Part shown: in pieces, positions 19,332-28,435 of the stretch
Position numbering within the stretch: the first letter of the stretch is position 1
Layout: each line of letters opens with the position of its first letter
NCBI GenBank assembly: GCA_963700105.1
Contig: CAVOWL010000004.1
Location: 204,050 to 268,049, forward strand
From: an uncultured Solirubrobacterales bacterium
Lineage (GTDB): Bacteria; Actinomycetota; Thermoleophilia; Solirubrobacterales; 70-9
Length of the DNA: 64,000 nucleotides
Reading direction: 5' to 3'
The notes under the pieces: model-generated
Database searches by the model: none
Told to the model about the DNA's origin: nothing
What the model saw: the letters and a program-made list of their open reading frames with translations, nothing else
Made by a program: the position numbers and the translations under genes

Positions 19332-20254
19332 CAGGGGTAAAAGAATGGCAGGGACACGTAGCGCTCCCCGGAGTCGCAGACAATCGTCACCACCCGCTTG
19401 CCCACCATCTCGCTGCGCCCGGCAACCCGCAGGGCCGCGCACAGGTTTGCCCCGGCGGAGATTCCGGCAAGGATTCCCTCGCGCTGGGCAGCGAGGCGGG
19501 CCATCTCCAATGCCTCCTCATCAGAAATTGTGATCACCTCATCGATCACGGAGCGATCCAAGACGGCCGGAACAAAGCCGGCGCCAATGCCCTGAATCTT
19601 GTGCGGACCGGCCGGCGCACCTGAGAGCACCGCCGAAGTGGCTGGCTCAACGGCAACCACCAGCGCCTCGGGTGCACGCTCCTTCAGCATCCTCCCCACC
19701 CCGGTGATCGTCCCGCCGGTCCCAACGCCTGCCACGAAGGCCCCGACCTCGCCGTCGGTGTCCCGCCAAATCTCCTCGGCGGTTACCCGCCGGTGGATCT
19801 CCGGGTTGGCCGGATTTGAGAATTGCTGAGGCATGAATCCCTTGCGCTGCTCGCAGATAGCCTCGGCGAGCTCAACCGCCTCGGTCATCCCGCCCAGCGA
19901 CGGTGTTTCGCGCACCTTTGCTCCGTAGGCTCGCAGCAGCTTGGAGCGCTCGCGACTCATTCCCTCCGGGAGGGTGAGGATCAGCTCATATCCACGTGCG
20001 GCGCAGACCATCGCCAGCGCGATGCCGGTATTGCCGCTGGTTGGCTCGACGATCAGCGAGCTGCCCGGCTCGATCAGACCCTGATCTTCAGCGGCGTCGA
20101 TCATCGCCACCCCGATTCGGTCCTTCACCGAGCCACCGGGATTTAGGTACTCGAGCTTGGCGCATACTTCAGCTCCAAGTCCCTCCCCCAATCGCAGCAT
20201 TGACACCAGCGGCGTGTTGCCGACAACCGCGGAGGCCTCGGCGCCAGATCGCAT
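19331..20254 (-). CDS. cysK: cysteine synthase A (O-acetylserine sulfhydrylase)
   Basis: 307-aa ORF. Motifs [10 protein letters not shown] (PLP lysine), [11 protein letters not shown] and [10 protein letters not shown]. Confidence 0.93.
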   Translation of the reverse strand: MRSGAEASAVVGNTPLVSMLRLGEGLGAEVCAKLEYLNPGGSVKDRIGVAMIDAAEDQGLIEPGSSLIVEPTSGNTGIALAMVCAARGYELILTLPEGMSRERSKLLRAYGAKVRETPSLGGMTEAVELAEAICEQRKGFMPQQFSNPANPEIHRRVTAEEIWRDTDGEVGAFVAGVGTGGTITGVGRMLKERAPEALVVAVEPATSAVLSGAPAGPHKIQGIGAGFVPAVLDRSVIDEVITISDEEALEMARLAAQREGILAGISAGANLCAALRVAGRSEMVGKRVVTIVCDSGERYVSLPFFYP

Positions 20255-20440
20255 CAGGCCGGACTCCTCAACAGGATCAGCATCCGCCCCACTCTATTCA
20301 TGGCCGGCACGGGCCTTGGGTGGACTCCAAGCCCATTGAAGGAGGTCCGAGGGAGGTGAACCGGCACTCCGGTTGCGCTGGTCGAGGCAGATTTGGGGTG
20401 ATCGGGCGTGTGGGTCCGCAACGGCAGCGCAGATGACGCC

Positions 20441-20782
20441 CTATGACCGATCGGAAGTCCGAGCTCGAGCCACCAAGGCCCCCCCGAGCACCAAGCCGCC
20501 GACCGCTAACACGGCGACGGCCACCGGCATCGAACCGCCCACCAGGGCGACCAGAATCGCCACCAAGACAAGGGCAACAAATGCTCCGCGACCGTTTCTG
20601 GACAGCGGAACCTCAGAGATTCCAGGCCGCTCGATGCGATCGTCGCCTCTCACCAAACCTATATCGGCACTGCGGATGCGCCCTTTAGCCAAGCCACCAA
20701 ATGCGGCGATTGTCCAAACCCCCGAGCCGTCCGCTGCATACACCCGGCGTACATGCATGGCTGGCTGCTGATGGGGGATCAA
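20441..20782 (-). CDS. hypothetical protein, C-terminal two-helix membrane anchor
   Basis: 113-aa ORF with an ATG start and no recognisable family. GC3 is lower than in the core genes. Confidence 0.35.
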   Translation of the reverse strand: MIPHQQPAMHVRRVYAADGSGVWTIAAFGGLAKGRIRSADIGLVRGDDRIERPGISEVPLSRNGRGAFVALVLVAILVALVGGSMPVAVAVLAVGGLVLGGALVARARTSDRS

Positions 20783-20966
20783 ACCATGTCCGTGCTGCGA
20801 CGCGGCGGCGCCTGTTTAGGGACCTTTGTCGATGTGCCCTCGGCGGCTCCGGCGAACCCACATTCATCGGCGAGCGCCGCTGGAGCACAGGCAGGGATGC
20901 CCCCTGCGGGCGCCGATTGCTCGGCCTCAGACGGAGCCCTCGATATCCACCACCTCGTCGGTATCC

Positions 20967-21863
20967 CTAGCGGGACCCAGCGTGGCGCTCGAGCAAGTGC
21001 CGAATGACCCCATCTTCGTCGTTTGATCCAACCAGCTCGGTGGCGCTCGCCAGGACGCGCGGATGAGCGTTTGCCGGGGCAATGCGGTGCGTCGCGGCTG
21101 CAAACAGGCCAAGGTCGTTTAGGTGGTCCCCGCAAGCGATAACTTCAGCATCTGAAATCCCACACGCCTCGAGGAGGACGGGAACCGCGGCCCCCTTTTC
21201 AGCGGCCCGATTCTGGATCGTGATTTCGCTCCAGCCAGGCCGATACACGTTGCCGGAGCCGTGGACCGTCGCTCCCACCCCGAGTCTGCGGCGCAATCGG
21301 TCACTCAATGCGGCTGCGTCTTTGTCCGGAGTGAATGTGGTGATCTGCGCCACCTCCTCTGACGCGGCGATCGCCAGGAGGTCCTCGCAGGGGCTCAGCC
21401 GCGGGTCGCGGTGTCTCCTCTTCTCCTCTATGTACCAGCTGATCGAATCATTGCTGCGGGCGCCGAAGTGGACCCGGTCTCCGCGTCCGTCCCAGCTCGA
21501 AATGACTGGGTCGACCCCGGTCGAGAGGATCAGCCCGACCGCGGCACATGCGTCCTGGGCGGAAAGAACCCAGCTGGCCAGGTGGCGGCCGGTTTGAAGC
21601 TCCGAAATAAATGCGCCGTTTAGCTCGATCACTGGAAGCTGCAGCCGAATCCCGGCCAGCAGCTGGCGCATTCCCGCCGTGCCCCGGGCGCTGGCAAATG
21701 TAAGGAAGACTCCGCGGTCGATCAAGCGGTTGATGCCGTCTCGTGCAAACTCGCTGAGGGTCGCATCGGAGCGCAGGAGCGTCCCGTCCAGATCGCAGAT
21801 GTAGATCGGAGGTCCGGGTCCCAAGGGCGCATCATGTCGTCTCGGACGTCTCATTTCTCCCAC
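20967..21863 (-). CDS. HAD-superfamily hydrolase (Cof-like, HAD-IIB)
   Basis: 298-aa ORF. HAD motif I is IYICDLDGTLL. Also FASARG and the late GDHLNDLGLF motif. The start could be the GTG at 21863 or the ATG at 21854. Confidence 0.8.
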   Translation of the reverse strand: MGEMRRPRRHDAPLGPGPPIYICDLDGTLLRSDATLSEFARDGINRLIDRGVFLTFASARGTAGMRQLLAGIRLQLPVIELNGAFISELQTGRHLASWVLSAQDACAAVGLILSTGVDPVISSWDGRGDRVHFGARSNDSISWYIEEKRRHRDPRLSPCEDLLAIAASEEVAQITTFTPDKDAAALSDRLRRRLGVGATVHGSGNVYRPGWSEITIQNRAAEKGAAVPVLLEACGISDAEVIACGDHLNDLGLFAAATHRIAPANAHPRVLASATELVGSNDEDGVIRHLLERHAGSR

Positions 21864-22059
21864 CCCGCGCCGGCCCGTGGCGAAGTGCGGATTAGCTCAT
21901 TTGTAGGCACGATCTTCGCACCGGCCAACGCCCCGACCTGGATGCGCTGCCGATAGCGAGCTGGGTTGACGAATCGGCACCCGGTCAAACTCCGCGCGGC
22001 AGCGATCTGCGTCAACCGCGGCCGAGTGCGCTGGCCAAGCCGCAGTAGGATTAGCCGGG

Positions 22060-22749
22060 ATGAGACAGACAGGGTCCTCGATGGTCCGGGCGAGATTGGC
22101 GTTCACCTTCGTCTGGATCGTCGCCGCGTTCACGGTCTCCGTTTCCAGCGCTTCGGCCAAGCTGACACTGCCCGCTGTCCCGAAGTGCTCGCGGTTCTCG
22201 ACCGGCAAGATCAGCTCGCTGCTGCAGGTTGGTCCTCTGCACCTGGTCCACACGCTCGTCCACGGAACCTCGTGCACCTACTACGGGGTCAGCGCCGCGC
22301 GGGCAGCCGCGCTGACGACCACGGCGGTGCCCTACCAACAGATCAAGTATGTCCCCTCACTCTCGATCTCCATCGAGCCGACCACGAAGACCCTGTTTAA
22401 TTTGCAAAAGGGGCTGGTGAGCCGCGATGCCAACAATCAAGAACTCGACTTCGGCGCCGTCGGCACAAAGCTTCGATTGGGAAGCCAGGAGTACTTCTAC
22501 AGCGGCAATCAGACCTCGCAAGGGCAGCTGCACTGCGAATCCGAAATCTTGTACAACAACTGGGTTGGGCCGCCGAGCTGCGTCGGGGAGCCACCGCTGC
22601 AGAAGGTTGGGGTGCTCGCCTGGATCGGGGGGAGCAGGGGGATCGGAAAGATGGTTAACGTGGCGGCTGCGGCGCAGGCGGGATTGACCCACCTGTCGCT
22701 CTCCCACACTCTGGAGCTCGCAAAGGAGAGCAGCACCGGGGCGCTTTAA
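22060..22749 (+). CDS. hypothetical secreted protein
   Basis: 229-aa ORF with a signal-peptide-like N-terminus (LAFTFVWIVAAFTVSVSSASA), four Cys and no recognised domain. Confidence 0.55.
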   Translation: MRQTGSSMVRARLAFTFVWIVAAFTVSVSSASAKLTLPAVPKCSRFSTGKISSLLQVGPLHLVHTLVHGTSCTYYGVSAARAAALTTTAVPYQQIKYVPSLSISIEPTTKTLFNLQKGLVSRDANNQELDFGAVGTKLRLGSQEYFYSGNQTSQGQLHCESEILYNNWVGPPSCVGEPPLQKVGVLAWIGGSRGIGKMVNVAAAAQAGLTHLSLSHTLELAKESSTGAL

Positions 22750-22871
22750 CGGTTAGCCCCCAACCAGGCTCGCCCGGGCAAGCCCCTGGCATTCGGGCCG
22801 GCCGCGGCTTCAGACCCAGGAGCTGGCGCGCGTTGCCGGCTTGCTTGAGAACAAGCGCCCAAGGCAATGTC

Positions 22872-23270
22872 CTAGATGAAATACATGCCCGAGCCTGCCT
22901 CCGCTGCCTCACGGCGCGCGACTTCTGCGATTGATGTCTGACCGAAAACCTTACGCAGGGAGGTCACACCCTCCGCCCATATTCCTCCCGCCTCATCAGC
23001 CTCTTGGCCGATCTTTCCATCGAGCGCCTGAACGACCTCCAAGACGGTGATCTCATCCGCTGGGCGGGCGAGCGTGTAGCCCCCTCGCATGCCTCGGTGA
23101 CTGCTGAGCAGACCCGCCCTGCGCAGGGTGGAGAAAAGCTGCTCGAGGAATTGGTCGGGGATGTCGCGGCGCTCTGCCAACTCTTTGATCGGCACCGGAC
23201 GATCCCCCGAGCGGGCCAGCTCGGCAAGGGCAACGACCGCGTAGCGAGACTTCGAGGTGATCGAGATCAC
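22872..23270 (-). CDS. Rrf2-family transcriptional regulator (no Cys ligands)
   Basis: Trimmed to the GTG at 23270 (VISITSKSRYAVVALAELA). wHTH block PVPIKELAERRDIPDQFLEQLFSTLRRAGLL followed by SHRGMRGGYTLAR. The product has no cysteines. Confidence 0.85.
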   Translation of the reverse strand: MISITSKSRYAVVALAELARSGDRPVPIKELAERRDIPDQFLEQLFSTLRRAGLLSSHRGMRGGYTLARPADEITVLEVVQALDGKIGQEADEAGGIWAEGVTSLRKVFGQTSIAEVARREAAEAGSGMYFI

Positions 23271-24000
23271 GCCTTTGTTTCTACCGCACGAACCGGACCA
23301 GGCTCGGTTAGGATCGATCGCCAGGGCTCCGCTCGTCGCAGGAGCCGAACCCGGACCAATCAGATCGGAAGCAGTCCTGAGCGAGCGCCCACACTGCCTT
23401 GTGGTCGACAGCCACCCACTAGTCCGGCTCGCTATGCGCGGAGTACTGGAGGGTCGCTTCGACGTCGATGAGTCATCAACGCGCGAGGAGGCGCTCGAAC
23501 TCATTGATCAAATCGGCAATTTCGACGTCGCGATAGTGGACATGCGATGGCAGGCCAATAAGGGCGCCGCGCCGACCCTGAGCGGCAACGAGGCAATCCG
23601 CGCGCTTCGCCGTCGCAGCCCGAGCCTGGGAATCGTCGCCTACGGCGAAAAGGCCGAGCGCCAGACCGCAACTGCTGCGATGCAGGCTGGCGCTAGCGCC
23701 TACCTCGCCCGAACCGCCCAGGCAAGCATCCTCAGCGAGGCGGCCGAGGCAGCCCTGGCCCAGGAGACCTTCATCGATCCTGCCGTTCCGCCCCGGGGCA
23801 GCCGCGGCAAACTGACCCGCCGTCAGCGCCAGATCATCCAGTGCCTCGCTGACGGCGCCTCCACAACCGGCGCGGCCCGCGAGCTCGACCTCAGCGAGGA
23901 GACGGTCAAGACCCATACCAAGAACATCATGGCCCGCCTCGGCGCTCGCAACCGCACCCACGCGGTGGCGATCGCAATGCGCGAGTCGCTGATCGACTAG
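23257..24000 (+). CDS. response regulator, REC + LuxR-type HTH (orphan)
   Basis: REC blocks CLVVDSHPLVRLAMRGVL and FDVAIVDMRW. C-terminal LTRRQRQIIQCLADGASTTGAARELDLSEETVKTHTKNIMARLG. The true start is probably internal (for example near 23377), because 23257 overlaps the divergent Rrf2 start. Confidence 0.8.
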   Translation: MIEITPLFLPHEPDQARLGSIARAPLVAGAEPGPIRSEAVLSERPHCLVVDSHPLVRLAMRGVLEGRFDVDESSTREEALELIDQIGNFDVAIVDMRWQANKGAAPTLSGNEAIRALRRRSPSLGIVAYGEKAERQTATAAMQAGASAYLARTAQASILSEAAEAALAQETFIDPAVPPRGSRGKLTRRQRQIIQCLADGASTTGAARELDLSEETVKTHTKNIMARLGARNRTHAVAIAMRESLID

Positions 24001-25088
24001 ATCCAGCCGCAATCGCGGGCGGTGAGAACTGCCTGGGCGCGGTCGACGGCGCCGATCTTGCCGTAAACGTTATGCAGGTGGGTGCGGATGGTCGACACGG
24101 AGAGCTGCATCTCACCGGCAATCTGCTTGTAGACCATCCCCTCCGAAAGGTGACGAAGGACGTCCAGCTCGCGAACCGAGAGCGGGCATGGCTCGCTGAT
24201 CCTGGCGGCATCCCCTCGGGGGTAGGGGAGCTCATACAGCATGTTCCTCACCGCATCGACGCCGAGGCCGCAGCGCTCACCCGCTGCGCGCAGGCGCTCT
24301 GGAGTGACCGCCTCGTTCTGGGAGTAATGGGCGATCATGTCGGCGAGGGAAACTAGGGCCGCCAGCCCCTCCGCGTCCTCGGAGTGGTGGCGCTCAATAG
24401 CCACCGCCAGCCGTTGCGGAACGTTCCAGCGCCGGGCGAGAACGCCGCCGACCAGAGCGTGGTCGATACCAAGTTGCTCGCGCTCCTCCCGAACCCGCTG
24501 CTCGGGCGTTCGCGTGACGGCGTCAAAGAAGGTCTTATAGCCGGGGTGCAGGCGGGATATGACCAGCCGACCGACGTCATGGATCAGCGCCGCCACCGCC
24601 AGCTCATCGCGCTCAGCCCAGCCAACCGCGCGGCCAATCTCCTCGGCGGCGCGCTGGGTCGCCAGGGCGTGAATGCGAAAGCGCTCGGGTTTTAACTCCC
24701 AGCCACCGTTTGACTCAAAGAAATCGAAGCTCGATGCCGTCCCGGCTATCGCCAACACCCCGGAGGGCTTCAAGACGTCGATCGCATCCGGAACCCCAAC
24801 GACCCCACCGGGCGCCATCCCGCTGCGATTTGCAAAGCGCAATACCGCGACCGCGAGTCCAACATCGCCCTCGACCGCTTCCACCAACTCCCCAACCCGA
24901 GCGGTCTCGGCAGTTGCCGCCCTGATCACCCGCTCGCGCGCCTCGATCAGTACTGGAAACCGTTCTACTGCCTCAAATGCCTCCGCGAGCCGACTTCCGG
25001 GAGCCGGACCCGGTTTGGGGCCCACGTCCTTGGCTAGGGCGTCCTCAGATTTCGCCCTACCATTGCTGTTCGCGGTTGTTGATGCCAT
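23997..25088 (-). CDS. HDOD-domain protein fused to LuxR-type HTH
   Basis: 363-aa ORF. HDOD blocks are GDVGLAVAVLRFANRS, ALIHDVGRLVI and IDHALVGGVLARRWNVP. C-terminal LSVRELDVLRHLSEGMVYKQIAGEMQLSVSTIRTHLHNVYGK. Confidence 0.8.
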   Translation of the reverse strand: MASTTANSNGRAKSEDALAKDVGPKPGPAPGSRLAEAFEAVERFPVLIEARERVIRAATAETARVGELVEAVEGDVGLAVAVLRFANRSGMAPGGVVGVPDAIDVLKPSGVLAIAGTASSFDFFESNGGWELKPERFRIHALATQRAAEEIGRAVGWAERDELAVAALIHDVGRLVISRLHPGYKTFFDAVTRTPEQRVREEREQLGIDHALVGGVLARRWNVPQRLAVAIERHHSEDAEGLAALVSLADMIAHYSQNEAVTPERLRAAGERCGLGVDAVRNMLYELPYPRGDAARISEPCPLSVRELDVLRHLSEGMVYKQIAGEMQLSVSTIRTHLHNVYGKIGAVDRAQAVLTARDCGWI

Positions 25089-25149
25089 CCGCGAAGCTCA
25101 TCGGCAGTAGCGGAGCTTCGGTTTAGCCATTTCGCACCAATACTTGGCA

Positions 25150-26526
25150 TTACTGCTCGACTTCTCGACCAATCCGCAAGATCGCTGCGTCGAGGCGAGC
25201 CAGCGTTTCCTCCCTGCCAAGAAGGGAAATCGACTCGAAGATGCCGGGCGAGACCGTGCCACCGCTGATCGCGACGCGAATCGGCTGGTAGAGCTTGCCG
25301 GGCTTGACCCCAAGCCTCTGCGGCAACGGCGAAAGCGCCGTCTCCAGCGGGGCGGGCTCAAAGCTTTCGGCCTCAAAGATCGCAGCCCTGGCGGCCACAA
25401 GCAGCTCACCCGCATCCTCTCCCATCACCTTGGACCAGGCTTTTGGGTCATCGATCGGGGGCTCAAATGCAAAGCGAATCAAGGGCCAGACCTCGGCGAG
25501 GGTCTGCGCCTTCTCTTGGGCGATTGCGCAGGCCCGGCGCAGGCGCTCGCTCGGCTCTCGCCCGAGGTGGCGAGCAACCACATCGGTGTAGTCCTCGATC
25601 GCCATCTCCCGCATGTAGCGTCCGTTGATCCAACGCAGCTTTCGCTCGTCAAAAATCGCGGCCGACTTGCCGACGTCTTTCACCCGGAAGCGTTCGACCA
25701 GCTCGGGGGTCGAGATAAGTGTCTGATCATCGCCGCTACCCCAGCCGAGCAGCGCCAGGTAGTTGCGCAGCGCCGCAGGCAGGTAACCGGCCTCGCGGAG
25801 CTCCTGCACCGAGGCAGCGCCATGGCGCTTGGACAGCTTCTTTCCGTCCGGACCATGTAGCAGCGGCAGGTGTGCGTAGCGCGGCGCTGGGTGACCGAGT
25901 GCCGCGAGAACCAGAAGCTGCTTGGGGGTATTGGAGAGGTGATCATCGCCGCGCACCACATCGGTGATCCCCATCTCCGCGTCATCGACGGCGACTGCAA
26001 AGTTATAGAGAACTGAGCCGTCGGCTCGAGCGATGACAAAGTCGTCATAGCTGCGGTTGGGGAAGGAAATCGGCCCTCGAATCAGATCCTCCACAACGGT
26101 GGTTCCATCGTCGGGCACCCGCAATCGCAGAGCCGCTCCAGGCGCATCGCTTGACTCGCCGCGGTAGCCGCGATCGGTACCGCGCGCGGCCTTCCATGCC
26201 TCCACGTCTTTGGCCGTGGCGGCATCTCGGTAAGCCGCACCTGATCTGACCAGGCGCTCCAGCGCGAGCTGATGTCGATCCGCCCTTAAGGCCTGGGAGA
26301 TCGGCCCCTCATCCCAGTCGAGCTCGAGCCAGCGCAAGGCATCAAGGATCTGCTCGACGTTGGCCTCGGTTGAACGCTCGAGGTCGGTGTCCTCGATCCG
26401 CAGGACCAAGGCGCCGGCCTCGTGGCGGGCGCCCAGCCAGTTGTAGAGAGCTGTCCGCGCGCCGCCAATGTGAAGCGCACCTGTCGGCGAGGGGGCAAAC
26501 CTATATCGGGGAGGTTGGTCAGGCAT
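25150..26526 (-). CDS. gltX: glutamate--tRNA ligase
   Basis: 458-aa ORF. Motifs FAPSPTGALHIGGARTALYNW (HIGH) and GKKLSKRHG (KMSKS). Confidence 0.95.
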   Translation of the reverse strand: MPDQPPRYRFAPSPTGALHIGGARTALYNWLGARHEAGALVLRIEDTDLERSTEANVEQILDALRWLELDWDEGPISQALRADRHQLALERLVRSGAAYRDAATAKDVEAWKAARGTDRGYRGESSDAPGAALRLRVPDDGTTVVEDLIRGPISFPNRSYDDFVIARADGSVLYNFAVAVDDAEMGITDVVRGDDHLSNTPKQLLVLAALGHPAPRYAHLPLLHGPDGKKLSKRHGAASVQELREAGYLPAALRNYLALLGWGSGDDQTLISTPELVERFRVKDVGKSAAIFDERKLRWINGRYMREMAIEDYTDVVARHLGREPSERLRRACAIAQEKAQTLAEVWPLIRFAFEPPIDDPKAWSKVMGEDAGELLVAARAAIFEAESFEPAPLETALSPLPQRLGVKPGKLYQPIRVAISGGTVSPGIFESISLLGREETLARLDAAILRIGREVEQ

Positions 26527-27517
26527 CTAATCGCTGCCGCATGTTTCCACAGCGCGGGCTGGCGCCGGTCCAGCTTCGAGCATGGGCAGCGCTGCGGGCT
26601 TCCCGCAAACCTGTCCCGCCTCCTCAAGCAAATTGCCTCCCGCGTCGATCTGAATGCCATGGACGTCATCTTGCCCTTCCTGGCACTCTTCAGCCTCGCT
26701 TTCTTGGCGCTAATTTTCGTTCTGATCGCTAGCTGAGTCGGCGGTCGAGTCCCCGGGTGAACGTGGTGATCGTCGCTGCGACGAATTCGCTCGCTCAGCC
26801 CGGATATTCCCAGCCTGGCGGCGCCGAGCTCGCCGCTGCCGATCGATTTCGGGTTGCCCCGAATTCCCTCGCGTCATCGACCTCGGCTCAGTTGGGTCGG
26901 CGAGGGCGCCAAGGGGAGAGGAATAAATCTCTCGAGGGAGGTTAGAGGCACCCCATTTATGGGTAGTGCAAGGGCAACCGGACTCGCCGACCCTACGAGT
27001 GCGGCTCTCCCCGTGAGAATCGCTCGCCGGCCCAGAAGCGCTCTGTCTCCCCTGTCGGGGCGTTTCGGCCGGCGGGCCCATTCCTCATTTGCCTAGCGTG
27101 CGGCTTGCTGCGCAGGCCAGGACTGGCGCAGTCAAGCGGCGATCGAGGCAGCCCCTGCGCGCCTGCTTCGCTTCGCTTTTGATCCGGATCACCGCATCGA
27201 TGAGCCGAACGCTGCCGGCGGCCCGTCGGCCCTCCGGGGTATACCTAATTCTCAGTACCATTTGCCGGGAGGCTCCGGAGTCTAGGGGCGGCCCGGTCAT
27301 AGCCCTCGAGCCGCCCCCCTCATCTGGCGGACGGCTGCGGAGCAGCGGGAAAAACACGGACTGATTGGGCACGCATCAGACCGCAGTTTTTGGGGCGCCA
27401 CAAAGCTCGGGTCTGCGGCCGGGGCCCCGCGATCGAGCGCCCCAGCGCTGCGGCCTCCTCCAAACGTCAATTCGGACCACGCCAACTGACCCCAGCCGCG
27501 CCGTAGGATTGGAGACG

Positions 27518-28379
27518 ATGCTGATCGGAGCCCACGTCTCCACCGCCGGCGGGCTCGATAAAGCGGTCGAGCCGCGGCAGCGAGCGTGGTTGTGAGTCGA
27601 TCCAGATCTTTAACCAGAGTCCGCGGATGTGGCGACCCACCACGTACGACGCTGCCGATTTTGCCAACTTCAAAGCGGCGATTGGGCGCTCGGCGGTCAC
27701 AGCAGTTGTCATCCACGCCGTCTACCTGATCAATTGCGCGAGCAAAGAGCCAGAGCTTCGCAAGAAGTCGCTGGACTCGCTGACCCACGCGCTTCGAATC
27801 GGCGATCAGATCGGCGCGGCCGGGGTGGTCCTGCATCCAGGGGCCCAAAAGGGTGAGCCGCTTCGACCCTCGATCAGGCGCGCGGCAAAAGTGATCGCAG
27901 CGGCGCTGAAGGAAAGTGAGAAGTGCCCACTTTTGCTTGAGCAGACCGCCGGCCATAAAGGTCTGCTGGGGCGAGATTTCGACCAAATCGCCGAGCTGAT
28001 CCAGCTTGCCGGCGGCGGCGAGCGCCTCGGCCTCTGCCTTGACTCCTGCCACCTGTTCGTGCAGGGATATGACATCACCGATCAGGCGCGCCTGGCGAAG
28101 GTGCTCGACCAGGCCGATGAGAAGTTGGGCCTAAAGCGGCTGGGCTGCGTGCACGTGAACGATGCCGCCGCGCCGCTCGGCTCCTGCCGCGATCGCCACG
28201 CCAACATCGGCACGGGTGAGATGGGAAGGCGAGGCCTCGCCGCCTTTCTTTCTGAGCCCCGCTTCGAGGGCCTGCCGGCGATTTTGGAGACCCCGGGGCC
28301 GATCAAGAAGGGCCCCGATCGTCGCGAAGTCGCGGCGGCGAAGCGCCTGCGAGTGGCCGGGTTAAAGCAGCGCGGGTAG
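27518..28379 (+). pseudogene. nfo: endonuclease IV (nfo) interrupted by a 1-nt frameshift near 27572
   Basis: The ATG at 27518 has GGAG 4 nt upstream and gives MLIGAHVSTAGGLDKAVE, then a TGA at 27593. The +1 frame continues RGSERGCESIQIFNQSPRMWRPTTY and runs on to HPGAQKG, LEQTAGHKG, LDSCHLF, HVNDAA, RDRHANIGTGEM and ILETP. Together these make a full-length Nfo. Confidence 0.8.
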
Positions 28380-28389
28380 GCGCAGGCTA

Positions 28390-28417
28390 CGAGAGTCGCC
28401 CGCCAAGGCGACTCTCG
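28390..28417. terminator. 11-bp perfect hairpin (CGAGAGTCGCC cgccaa GGCGACTCTCG) between convergent nfo and the acyl-CoA dehydrogenase gene
   Basis: Read directly from the sequence. There is no U-tract on either strand. Confidence 0.55.
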
Positions 28418-28435
28418 CTCTCCCGCCCAAAGCCT

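Noticed and set aside
26900-27380. Possible RNase P RNA, tmRNA, SRP RNA or TPP/cobalamin/glycine riboswitch in the long gltX-nfo spacer
   Set aside because: The region has strings such as GAGGAAUGGGCCCGCC and CUGAGAAUUAGGUAUACCCC on the minus strand. However, the defining cores are absent on both strands. These are GAGGAAAGUCCGGGC and ACAGAACCCGGCUUA for RNase P, GGGGCUGAUUCUGGAUUCGAC and the tRNA-like 3' end for tmRNA, the GGAAG-type SRP loop, the full THI box and the B12 box.
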